Both the position numbers and the translations under genes were made by a program. Below, piece by piece: positions 42,160-50,999 of a DNA stretch of 64,000 nucleotides (positions are counted from its first letter, which is position 1; each line of letters opens with the position of its first letter). The notes under the pieces were generated by a model. The model made no database searches, was not told the DNA's origin, and saw only the letters and a program-made list of their open reading frames with translations. The DNA comes from Dehalococcoidia bacterium (GTDB lineage: Bacteria; Chloroflexota; Dehalococcoidia; SHYD01). The DNA is taken from NCBI GenBank assembly GCA_965226775.1, contig CBDDEI010000002.1:18479-82478 (forward strand), given 5' to 3'.

Positions 42160-42264
42160 CTAATTGCCCTAACAGCAGTCACAGTCAGGACACGGACATT
42201 CCGGCCGCTTATTCATTGGGCACGCGGAGTAAGTCGAATCACCCCCCTCAGGGGGCAGAAGGGG

Positions 42265-42999
42265 CTAGTCCAAGGAATGGATAACGGACGGCAGCGCGGC
42301 CAGGCTGGGAATGACCAGTGTCGCAGCAGCCGAATCCACAGGCGTTGGACTCACCAGCACCACCCGCGCGCCGAGGCTCGCGGCCCACTGGACGGCATTC
42401 AAGCTGTCATCTACAACGATCGCATCCCTGGGTTCAACGCCTGCGTCTGCGAAGACCCGCTCGTAGTATTCAGGTCCAGCTTGTTTGAAGAAACCGACGA
42501 GGTCGGAACCGTAAAGGCGTCGGAAACAGTCGCGGATGCCCATGCCCTGCAGGTAGACTTCTAGTTCCCAGGAGTTTTCAGCCGACGCGCTGTAAATAGG
42601 GTAGCCACCCAAATGCAGCGCTCTCACCGTGTCCGCTGCGCCGGGGAATCCGCTCCGGGTCTTGGGGATGATAAAAGCCGATGCTCTCGCTTCAAGGTCT
42701 ACGCACTCTTCCTCGGAGCGTTCGGGAACTCCTACGACGTTGCACATGCTGTTTACCCATGCCACCGCGTAGCTGCGCCAGAAGGCGCGGTAATCCGCAG
42801 CGGATGCCTCCCAGAGGTTTAACCACTCTGCGAACAAATGCTGGACGATTGCCTTCTTGTTCGCAGCGCTCCACTCAGCTGACGTGCCGCCAAGAATCGG
42901 AGGGTAGAATTCGCCCACCAGACGCGCCCACTGCTCCTGGCGCAACGAGTTGTCGTTCAGGACGCCGCCATCGTCTAGAAAAAGAGTGGGCCGCGTCAT
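42265..42999 (-). CDS. HAD-family hydrolase
   Basis: Motif I FLDDGGVL and motif IV VVDDS. Confidence 0.88.
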   Translation of the reverse strand: MTRPTLFLDDGGVLNDNSLRQEQWARLVGEFYPPILGGTSAEWSAANKKAIVQHLFAEWLNLWEASAADYRAFWRSYAVAWVNSMCNVVGVPERSEEECVDLEARASAFIIPKTRSGFPGAADTVRALHLGGYPIYSASAENSWELEVYLQGMGIRDCFRRLYGSDLVGFFKQAGPEYYERVFADAGVEPRDAIVVDDSLNAVQWAASLGARVVLVSPTPVDSAAATLVIPSLAALPSVIHSLD

Positions 43000-43018
43000 G
43001 CCCTAACGCCCGGCCTGT

Positions 43019-43444
43019 TCATTCGACTGCGGGATCGCTGGGGAGGGTGTCCTTGTTAACATGTTTCCGCGCGTAGACGGCCAGCGCCTTGCGGAGCACG
43101 GTGGCGGCCAATGTGGCGCTGTGGAGCTTGCTGGGTGGCAGCCCCCCTAGGGCGTCCAGCACATCCTGGTGGGTGAGCGCTTCCGCCTTCGCCAGATTCA
43201 TACCCTGCAGAAGCTCGGAAAGCATGCTCCCTGCCGCGGTGGCTCCGGTGCAGCCTTGCACCTGTTGCTTAGCCTCTTGGATACGGCCGTCCTCTATCCT
43301 CAGGAAGAGGGTGAGCACGTCCCCGCAGACGGGGTTGCGGTCCACGGCAATGCCGTCAGGCTCCGGGATAGACCCCACGTTGCGCGGGCTGACGGCGTGG
43401 TCGAGGGTGAGTTCGGTGTAGCCGGAGTCGTGAGGAATGTTCAT
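43019..43444 (-). CDS. iscU: Fe-S cluster scaffold IscU/NifU-like
   Basis: PRNVG, NPVCGD, GC, ALGGLPP.KLHS (third Cys replaced by Ser). Confidence 0.88.
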   Translation of the reverse strand: MNIPHDSGYTELTLDHAVSPRNVGSIPEPDGIAVDRNPVCGDVLTLFLRIEDGRIQEAKQQVQGCTGATAAGSMLSELLQGMNLAKAEALTHQDVLDALGGLPPSKLHSATLAATVLRKALAVYARKHVNKDTLPSDPAVE

Positions 43445-43487
43445 GATGTCAGATTCACTTGGGTGAAGTGGGTCGCTAGCCTTCCCT

Positions 43488-43673
43488 TTAGGAAATGCTC
43501 AATTTTTGCTTAATTTCACTTAATTCAAACCCAATGTTCAGAGCCTCCATAACGCCGACAACGCCACCACAATTAGAGCACTGAATGAACACGACACTGA
43601 AGTTAGAGCCGCGAGGTTCAGCAGGAACCATTTCGAAATTGGTATTGTCACATTTTACGCATGTGGATATCAC
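43488..43673 (-). CDS. Small zinc-ribbon protein
   Basis: CVKC..F..VFIQCSNCGGVVG; AT-rich relative to the flanks. Confidence 0.7.
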   Translation of the reverse strand: MISTCVKCDNTNFEMVPAEPRGSNFSVVFIQCSNCGGVVGVMEALNIGFELSEIKQKLSIS

Positions 43674-43747
43674 TATGATTTTTTACCTGCCTTCGAGTAG
43701 TCGCTTATCAGAAGCAAGACCAATACGTTGCTGGTAGACCTGAGGTA

Positions 43748-44932
43748 TCACGCCCGAGCGAGGGGAGAGAGGGAGCGCAGTCGTGCCACTATGTCCGGCA
43801 GGGTATGCAGGAGATAGTCCACGTCCTCCTCCGTGTTTGCTCGTCCCAGGGTGAGGCGCAGGCTGCCGTGGGCAATGTCTGTTTGCCGCCCCATGGCAGT
43901 GAGCACGTGAGACGGCTCCAGGGAGGCCGAGGTGCAGGCGCTGCCGCTGGAGGCCGCAATGCCCGCAAAGTCCAGCCCCAGCAGGATGGGCTCGCCCTCC
44001 ACGCCTTCAAAGGAGAGGTTCACGTTGTTGGGGAGCCGCTGGGTGGGATGGCCGTTCAGGTGTACCCCGTCCACAACCTCCATGAGCCCGTTGGTGATCC
44101 TGTCCCGCATCAGGCTCAGGCGGTGGTTGCTCTCTTCCTGCTCTGCCACGGCAAGCTCCAGAGCCAACGCCGTACCCACAATCCCGGGGACATTCTCGGT
44201 GCCGGCGCGGCGGAAGCGCTCCTGTGCGCCGCCCTGCAACTGCGGCATGAAGGGCACGCCCCGTCGCACGTAGAGGACGCCCGTCCCTTTGGGGCCGTAG
44301 AACTTGTGCGAGGAGAGGCTGAGCATATCCACGCCCAAGCGGTCGACGTTGAGGTCGAGCGCACCTGCACCCTGGACGGCGTCTGTGTGCAGAACGATGT
44401 TTCTGCCACGCTGCTTGCTCTTGGCTCTGACCACCGCCGAAACTTCAGCGACGGGCTCGATAGTGCCGGTCTCATTGTTGGCGTACATCACGCTCACCAC
44501 GGTGGTGCGGTCGGTGATGGCGGCTTCGAGCTCGTTGAGGTCGATAAGGCCGTGCACGTCCACTGGCAGATAGGTCACATCAAAGCCGAATTGCTCCAAG
44601 AACTGGCAGGTATGGAGCACGGCGTGGTGCTCTATAGCGGTAGTGATGATATGGTTGCCCAGCTGCCGGTTGGCAAAGGCTGCGCCCTTCAGCGCGGTGT
44701 TATCGGACTCGCTGCCGCCGCTGGTAAAGATGACCTCCGTGGGCCGGCACCCCAGCAGCCGTGCGACGGTAGCGCGGGATGCGTCCACGGCTCTGCGGGC
44801 TTCCTGGGCCAGGCTGTAGATGCTGGAGGGGTTGCCATACTTCTCGGAGAAGTAGGGCAGCATAACATCCAGGACCTCTTGCCGGACGGCCGTGGTGGCC
44901 GCGTGGTCAAAATAGACATACCGTTGGGACAT
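43748..44932 (-). CDS. iscS: Cysteine desulfurase
   Basis: [31 protein letters not shown]. Confidence 0.97.
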   Translation of the reverse strand: MSQRYVYFDHAATTAVRQEVLDVMLPYFSEKYGNPSSIYSLAQEARRAVDASRATVARLLGCRPTEVIFTSGGSESDNTALKGAAFANRQLGNHIITTAIEHHAVLHTCQFLEQFGFDVTYLPVDVHGLIDLNELEAAITDRTTVVSVMYANNETGTIEPVAEVSAVVRAKSKQRGRNIVLHTDAVQGAGALDLNVDRLGVDMLSLSSHKFYGPKGTGVLYVRRGVPFMPQLQGGAQERFRRAGTENVPGIVGTALALELAVAEQEESNHRLSLMRDRITNGLMEVVDGVHLNGHPTQRLPNNVNLSFEGVEGEPILLGLDFAGIAASSGSACTSASLEPSHVLTAMGRQTDIAHGSLRLTLGRANTEEDVDYLLHTLPDIVARLRSLSPLARA

Positions 44933-45169
44933 GACGCTTCTTTCCTAGCTGCTGGTGAGGGTGGGAGATGAGAGCCTAATCCGCTGAACCTTTTCCTGCG
45001 TTCTTGTGTGCGTTCCAAATGTGAGTGAGTAAAGTATAGCCAGCGCGCCGTGTGGTGTACAGTTTGGAACCCTGAATTACTATTAGAATGAACCACGGCG
45101 ACTGCGCTTCTTTGCTCCTTGTTTTGGCGTATCCCCTGCCGGGGCGGGCGAGCGCAGAGGGTGGTCCGG

Positions 45170-45337
45170 CTAGAGGTCGGAGCAGTCCCGCATGTAGCCG
45201 CAGTTGCGGCAGATGATCTTGCAATGAAGCTCGTAGGAGGGGCCGCTGCAAACGTCGCAAGGGCCGGCAGAAGGCCGTTGGGGCGACTGCGCTTGGGGGG
45301 TGGGCCGTGTTGGAGGCTGAGGTCGTGGTGTAGTCAT
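45170..45337 (-). CDS. 55-aa zinc-finger microprotein (HVO_2523-like)
   Basis: Manual translation MTTPRPQPP..CDVCSGPSYELHCKIICRNCGYMRDCSDL; RBS-like AGGGTGAG; below the ORF-track cutoff. Confidence 0.8.
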   Translation of the reverse strand: MTTPRPQPPTRPTPQAQSPQRPSAGPCDVCSGPSYELHCKIICRNCGYMRDCSDL

Positions 45338-45422
45338 CTCACCCTACTTTGCGATTTTCAGACAACGCCATGTGCGCCGCTTCTGTTGAGCCGTTATAGA
45401 GGGAACCGTATACTAGACTCTC

Positions 45423-46367
45423 ATGAAGCGCATCGGTATCGTCATCGTTAATTTTAACGCCAAACCCCTGTTGGATGCATGTCTGGCCTCGGTTTACCGT
45501 TCCCAGGGCGTGGAGTTCGATGTGTCCGTAGTGGACAACGCCTCTGATGACGGCAGCGGTCAGATGGTGCGGGAGCGCTATCCACAAGCCACCGTCATTG
45601 AACGCGCCGATAACCGCGGGTTTGCGTATGCCAATAACCAAGCGTTGCGGGCCTGGGGCTTCACCGACGATGGCGCGGCTGAACCAGGCGACGGCTATCC
45701 CTACGTGCTGCTGCTGAACCCCGACACGGAGCTTCCTGCCGATGGCCTGGCGAAGGCAGTAGCGTACATGGACGCTCATCAGGACGTAGGGGTGGTAGGC
45801 GCAAAGCTGCTGAAGCCGGACGGCGCCCTCGATCTCGCCTGTCGCCGCAGCTTTCCCTCGCCCGGCGTTGCCTTCTACCGCATGGTGGGATTGAGCCGCC
45901 TCTTTCCTCACAGTAAGCGTTTCGGCCGCTACAACCTCACTTACTTGGATCCGGATGAGACTGCGGAGGTGGATGCCGTAGCCGGCGCATTCATGCTAGT
46001 GCGCGCCGAGGCCATCCGTCAGGCCGGCCTTCTGGACGAACGCTTCTTCATGTACGGGGAAGACCTGGACTGGGCGTTGCGGATGAAGCAGGTGGGCTGG
46101 AAAGTGGTCTACTATCCGGAAGTGGTAGTGCTGCACCACAAGGGCGGCAGCAGCCAACGCAACCGCAGCAAGGTGGTGACCTCCTTCTACCGCTCTATGC
46201 TCCTCTTTTACGAAAAGCACTACGCCAAAAGTGTGCTACTGCCCCTCCACTGGTGCATTCTGCTGGCTATCCACCTGCAAGGAGCGGGAGCGTTTATCCG
46301 GCATCTAATCGGCTCCGTGGGCAACCTCAACCCCAAGAGGCCGCGGACCAACCGCACCCGCACCTAG
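45423..46367 (+). CDS. Glycosyltransferase family 2 (WbbL-like)
   Basis: VVDNASDDGS, NRGFAYANN, LLLNPDT, FFMYGEDLDW. Confidence 0.93.
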   Translation: MKRIGIVIVNFNAKPLLDACLASVYRSQGVEFDVSVVDNASDDGSGQMVRERYPQATVIERADNRGFAYANNQALRAWGFTDDGAAEPGDGYPYVLLLNPDTELPADGLAKAVAYMDAHQDVGVVGAKLLKPDGALDLACRRSFPSPGVAFYRMVGLSRLFPHSKRFGRYNLTYLDPDETAEVDAVAGAFMLVRAEAIRQAGLLDERFFMYGEDLDWALRMKQVGWKVVYYPEVVVLHHKGGSSQRNRSKVVTSFYRSMLLFYEKHYAKSVLLPLHWCILLAIHLQGAGAFIRHLIGSVGNLNPKRPRTNRTRT

Positions 46368-46475
46368 AGCGCAGGCTTGGAGCAACGCAGCTATGCCTAG
46401 AACACCGGTTACTTCACCAAGGACGCTCAACCATGGCGATGCACCGCGCCAGGGCGAAGTGGTAATTGCTCAGGA

Positions 46476-47960
46476 GTGGCCGTGCGCGGCGGGAGCGCAG
46501 TCATATCGAGAGAGCCAGGGCCATCCGGCTCGGTTGCGCCTGAGGTAGTCATGGCGTCTCCCTTGCTCTTTTTCCTCCTTTCCGTGGCGATGCTCATCGT
46601 AGATATAGTCACCCTTGGACTTGCGCTGCTCCTTGCCTTCGACCTGCGCTTTCATACGGATCTGTTCGCCATGCCGGTTGAAATGCACATTTGGAGCGAG
46701 TACTGGCCGCTAATCCTCCTGCAGTCTATGGTGTTCGGGTTGGTCTTTGCGGGACGAGGCATGTACCGTATTCAGCGCAATGCCTCCAAGGTGGACGAGC
46801 TGCAGCGGGTGTTCCTGAGCGTGCTTATTGCCGGAGGGCTGACCCTCGGCGTGATTGCTCTTGGGCCGAGGGAGATCCCCTTTTCTCGTCTAGTAGTGCT
46901 GATGGCTTGGATAAGCGCCGTCCCGATGCTGTGGATAGCGCGCATTGTCCAATACTGGCTCCACGGGCAATTCCGGCGCTTTGGCCTAGGCGTAGAGCGC
47001 GTGCTGGTGGTGGGTGATGGGCCGGTGGCTTACGCCGTGCTGGAAAAACTGCACCACGGCCCTGCCTGGGGTTACCAAGTAGCTGGCTACGTGTCCGGCC
47101 CTGTCGCGTCCGGACGCACCTCCCTCAATGGCAGCACTCTGTTGGGCACGCTAGAGGAGCTCGATACCGTGGTGGCGCACAACCGTATCACCGAGGTCAT
47201 TGTTGCGGAGCCGAGCCTGGATCACCAGCATCTGTTAAACACGTTGGAGCGGCTCGACCCCAGGAACGTGACCGTGAAGGTGTTCCCAGACGAGTTCCAG
47301 CTTCTCTCCACCCAGGTGACCCTCAGCGACCTGAACGGCCTGCCCCTCATCAGCATCCGCGACGCTGCGCTGCAGGGGTGGCGCTCCATCGTTAAGCGCA
47401 TAGTGGATGCGGTTGTGAGCGCGCTGGTGCTGGTGTTCCTCTCGCCGCTCCTGCTGCTGCTTGCGTTGCTCATCAAGCTGTCGTCGCCTACGGGGCCGGT
47501 CTTCTTTATGCAGGAGCGCATCGGTTTGGATGGACGTCACTTCTGGGTGATCAAGTTCCGCTCCATGCGTCCTGATGCGGAGGCCGGGAGCGGGCCGGTG
47601 TGGGCTACACGGAACGATCCCCGCGCGACGCCGGTGGGGAGATTCCTCCGCCGCTTCTCCCTGGACGAGCTTCCCCAGTTCATCAACGTGCTGCTGGGGG
47701 ACATGAGCATTGTGGGCCCGCGCCCGGAACGCCCTGAGTTTGTGGAGGAGTTCCGGCAGCGCATCCCCAACTACTGGGCGCGGCACCGGCAGAAAGTGGG
47801 CCTCACCGGCTGGGCGCAGGTAAACGGCCTGCGCGGCGATACCAGCATTGAGGAACGTACCGCTTACGACCTGTGGTATGTTGAGAATTGGAGCCTCTGG
47901 CTAGACTTCAAAATCATGATACGAACTATCCCCGTTATTTTTAGGCACAGCAATGGCTAG
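46476..47960 (+). CDS. wcaJ: Undecaprenyl-phosphate sugar phosphotransferase (WcaJ-like)
   Basis: N-terminal TMs, KFRSM, LDELPQF, MSIVGPRPE, GLTGWAQVNG. Confidence 0.9.
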   Translation: MAVRGGSAVISREPGPSGSVAPEVVMASPLLFFLLSVAMLIVDIVTLGLALLLAFDLRFHTDLFAMPVEMHIWSEYWPLILLQSMVFGLVFAGRGMYRIQRNASKVDELQRVFLSVLIAGGLTLGVIALGPREIPFSRLVVLMAWISAVPMLWIARIVQYWLHGQFRRFGLGVERVLVVGDGPVAYAVLEKLHHGPAWGYQVAGYVSGPVASGRTSLNGSTLLGTLEELDTVVAHNRITEVIVAEPSLDHQHLLNTLERLDPRNVTVKVFPDEFQLLSTQVTLSDLNGLPLISIRDAALQGWRSIVKRIVDAVVSALVLVFLSPLLLLLALLIKLSSPTGPVFFMQERIGLDGRHFWVIKFRSMRPDAEAGSGPVWATRNDPRATPVGRFLRRFSLDELPQFINVLLGDMSIVGPRPERPEFVEEFRQRIPNYWARHRQKVGLTGWAQVNGLRGDTSIEERTAYDLWYVENWSLWLDFKIMIRTIPVIFRHSNG

Positions 47961-48894
47961 GTTTGGCAAGACCTTTGGCGTAACCCTGCTGGTGGTCTTT
48001 GTGGCCGCGGTTTCGTGCAGCTTTGGCGCGTACCTGGGCTCGGCCTCCAGTAGCGGAACACTGCCTGGTCTGGGTGGCGACTCCATTGCGGTGATTTACG
48101 TGGAGGGAGCGATTCAAGGCGGCGAAGGCGGCGGCCTCTTCAGCTCCGACGGCGCGTACAGCGACAGAATCATCCGCTGGATAGGCCGCGCGCAGCAGGA
48201 CCCCTCCGTGCGGGCGGTGGTGCTGCGGGTGGACAGCCCCGGCGGCGGTGTGACCGCCTCCGATGAGGTCTACAACGCACTGGTGAAGCTGAAGGCGGTG
48301 AAGCCCATCGTGGCCTCTTTTGGCAGCCTGGCGGCTTCGGGCGGTTATTACATCAGCGCGCCGGTCAATACCATCTTCGCTAACGAGACGTCTCTAACCG
48401 GCAGCATTGGCGTGATCACGGTAGTGCCCAATGCCCAGGGCCTCATGGAGAAGCTGGGCCTGGAGGTCTACACCATCACCAGCGGCGATCATAAGGACGA
48501 CACCTCCGGCCTAAAGCCGCTGAGCGACTCGGCGCGGGGCATCCTGCAAAGCATCGTAGACGAGTCCTACCAACGTTTCGTCACCATAGTGAGCGAGGGC
48601 CGCGGCATTTCAGAAGCAACGGTCCGCGAGCTGGGGGACGGTCGTATCTATACCGGACGGCAGGCGTTGGAAGCGGGGCTAGTGGATGAGTTGGGAGACC
48701 TGCCAGAGGCGATAGATGCGGCGGCAGCGTTAGGTAACGTCCAGGGAGAGCCGCGGGTCATTCGTTATCGTAGCGGCGGGCTCTTCTCCGGCACGAGCGC
48801 GTCGCTCAAAGCGTGGTTGGGCTTGCCAGAGCTGCCCTTGCCGTCACTCGGGCAAGCGCCCTTCTCCCTGCAGTACCTCTACCTAGCCCCCTAG
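47953..48894 (+). CDS. sppA: Signal peptide peptidase SppA (S49, short form)
   Basis: VDSPGG, AASGGYY, TGSIGV, GRIYTGRQA..GLVDELG. Confidence 0.93.
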   Translation: MARFGKTFGVTLLVVFVAAVSCSFGAYLGSASSSGTLPGLGGDSIAVIYVEGAIQGGEGGGLFSSDGAYSDRIIRWIGRAQQDPSVRAVVLRVDSPGGGVTASDEVYNALVKLKAVKPIVASFGSLAASGGYYISAPVNTIFANETSLTGSIGVITVVPNAQGLMEKLGLEVYTITSGDHKDDTSGLKPLSDSARGILQSIVDESYQRFVTIVSEGRGISEATVRELGDGRIYTGRQALEAGLVDELGDLPEAIDAAAALGNVQGEPRVIRYRSGGLFSGTSASLKAWLGLPELPLPSLGQAPFSLQYLYLAP

Positions 48895-49386
48895 GGCACG
48901 CAGAGACTTCGGGGTGAGGATGGAGTGGAGGGTTGCGCCCCCCGGCTCAATGCCGCCCTGCAGCGAAAGGTGCACGCAAGCCCCCTTCTGCAGGTCGATG
49001 GTGATGCGATCAGCGTCGCCACTGAGCAAGTAAGCGATCAATTCATGCAGGTCCGGCTCGTGGCCAACCAGCGCGACGGCGTTGCTGCCGCCCTGCTCCC
49101 GTAGCACTGCCAGCACTTCTTCCGGACTGTGCCCCGGCTCTAGGGCTTCGCATGGCACCGGGGCGGGCCACCCGGTGTTTTTTTCCAGATAAACCGCCGT
49201 ATCCCACGCGCGCACCAAGCGGCTGCTTAGGGTGGCCTGCACATCTTTGGCTACCTGCTTAAGGCCGTTGGCCGACTTCTTCCAGCGCTTCTCCCCTTCG
49301 GGCGTGAGCGGGCGCACCCTATCGTCGGGCCAGAGCGCGTCGTCCCTGTCGTACGCCACTGCGTGCCGAATGATGTAGAGGTCCAC
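48883..49386 (-). CDS. sixA: Phosphohistidine phosphatase SixA
   Basis: IIRHA, RPLT, VGHEP. Confidence 0.88.
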   Translation of the reverse strand: MDLYIIRHAVAYDRDDALWPDDRVRPLTPEGEKRWKKSANGLKQVAKDVQATLSSRLVRAWDTAVYLEKNTGWPAPVPCEALEPGHSPEEVLAVLREQGGSNAVALVGHEPDLHELIAYLLSGDADRITIDLQKGACVHLSLQGGIEPGGATLHSILTPKSLRALGG

Positions 49387-49388
49387 GA

Positions 49389-50117
49389 CTAACTCACGCT
49401 CTTCTGAAGCGCCTGCGCAGACGTAGCCGTCATATCCTTCAGTATCACCTCAAGCTCTCCTCTTATCTCGGAAAAGACCTCGGCTATGCTGCCGCGGGCG
49501 TCCACAACGGTCATGTTGTGGTCCCTGGCCAGGATCTGGAACTCGCTTAGGAAGAGCTTTTTGTACTGGACAAAGTTCTGGAAGAGTTCGGGATTTCTGA
49601 GGAAGTCTTGGCCGGATTCCCAGTAGTCAAAGCCCTTGTTGCTCAGCACTCTAGGGATGAGGCTGTCTACATCAATGTCTAGATAGATGGTCTTGTCGGG
49701 TACGGGCGCAAAGCCATACAGGTTTTGCAGCCATTCAGGCGCAAGGCCGCGCACAATAGCCCGGGCCATGATGGAGTAGAAGTAGCGGTCCACTAAGGCA
49801 ACTGCGCCCGCCCGCAGCGCAGGGATGATTTCCCGCTCCAACCGGTCACAGAAGTCTGTGGCATAGAACAGGTTGAGGGTAAGCGGGTCTAGGGTGTTGC
49901 CCTCTTTCGCCCGCTCTATGCCGCGGCCAGCCAACCTGGAGCGGGTAAGCCCGCTGGTCAGCACGGCGTGCCCTCTCAACTCCAGCCATTCGCTCAAAAG
50001 CGCAATCTGGGTGGTGCGACCGACACCGTCCACGCCCTCAATGACCACCAGCCGTCCGGGGAGGGGGTCTGTGGAAGTACCTGGAGGTGGCTTGCCGTAG
50101 AAGCGCAGGTCAGTCAC
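49389..50117 (-). CDS. Thymidylate kinase-like protein B (probable polyphosphate kinase subunit)
   Basis: IEGVDGVGRTT P-loop (Lys replaced by Arg), DRY; gene context. Confidence 0.8.
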   Translation of the reverse strand: MTDLRFYGKPPPGTSTDPLPGRLVVIEGVDGVGRTTQIALLSEWLELRGHAVLTSGLTRSRLAGRGIERAKEGNTLDPLTLNLFYATDFCDRLEREIIPALRAGAVALVDRYFYSIMARAIVRGLAPEWLQNLYGFAPVPDKTIYLDIDVDSLIPRVLSNKGFDYWESGQDFLRNPELFQNFVQYKKLFLSEFQILARDHNMTVVDARGSIAEVFSEIRGELEVILKDMTATSAQALQKSVS

Positions 50118-50153
50118 TATGCATTCCTCGCTAGTTGGTTGCCCTAAATTCCG

Positions 50154-50999
50154 CTATAAGTAGCGACCCTGCAAGTTGGTTTCATGCAAGGCTTCCGTGA
50201 CCCCAAAGGTATCGATTTTCATTGCGCCTTCCAGCATTGGCGCAACGATTTTGCGCATAAGCTCCTGCTGGTGTACTAGGGTTTCCGTTGCGTCCATGCG
50301 AATAAGTCCGTACTCATCAACAAGCTTGTCGTACTCCTCCTTAATAAGCCCCTGGAATAGCCTGAAGCTGGTGTAGACATCTGAGCTTAACCCTAAGTCC
50401 TGCCCGGCTTCATAGTGCTTAATAGTGGGCCGTCCGGACAGGATGCGGTTCATGGCTTCATCCAACGGAACATCAAAGTAGAAGGCTATGGTGGGCGGCA
50501 TTGCGAAGGAGTAAAGACTCCTTAGCCAGGCGCGGTCCACGCCGCGGGCGGCGTCCCGAGCGTAGGCGGTGTAGACGTAGCGGTCTGCGAGCACCACGGC
50601 GCCGGCCTGCAGCGCCGGCAGGATCTGGGAGTGCATCCGGCTGGCAAAGTCTGCGGCGTGGATAAGACTGAAGGACATAGGGGAGAGAAGCTTCTGATCT
50701 TTCCCACGACGAGTGGTTGCCTTGACGATGGGCGAGGAGTTCCATTCGCTGAAAATAACCGGGTAGCCCTGGTTGATCAGCCATTTGTGGAGCAGGTCTA
50801 GCTGGGTGCTCTTGCCGGAGCCGTCTATCCCTTCCACCACAATAAGCTTGCCTGGAAGATCGCCTTCCCCAAGGTACCTGGGAGCAGGCTCATCCTCGGG
50901 CTCTTTGTGCTGCGCGAGGATGAGGGACGCGGTTTCAACAGCTTTTCCGGGGGCATAGGCTGGAAATGCCAAGAAAAAGAGATCCCTTAGCAAGCGCAT
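50154..50999 (-). CDS. Thymidylate kinase-like protein A (probable polyphosphate kinase subunit)
   Basis: VEGIDGSGKST, ADRYVYT; gene context; start position uncertain. Confidence 0.82.
   Translation of the reverse strand: MRLLRDLFFLAFPAYAPGKAVETASLILAQHKEPEDEPAPRYLGEGDLPGKLIVVEGIDGSGKSTQLDLLHKWLINQGYPVIFSEWNSSPIVKATTRRGKDQKLLSPMSFSLIHAADFASRMHSQILPALQAGAVVLADRYVYTAYARDAARGVDRAWLRSLYSFAMPPTIAFYFDVPLDEAMNRILSGRPTIKHYEAGQDLGLSSDVYTSFRLFQGLIKEEYDKLVDEYGLIRMDATETLVHQQELMRKIVAPMLEGAMKIDTFGVTEALHETNLQGRYL

Noticed and set aside
43805-44971. Long antisense ORF (388 aa) and similar ones such as 1081-2271 and 32706-33410
   Set aside because: Shadow frames of well-supported genes in high-GC DNA.
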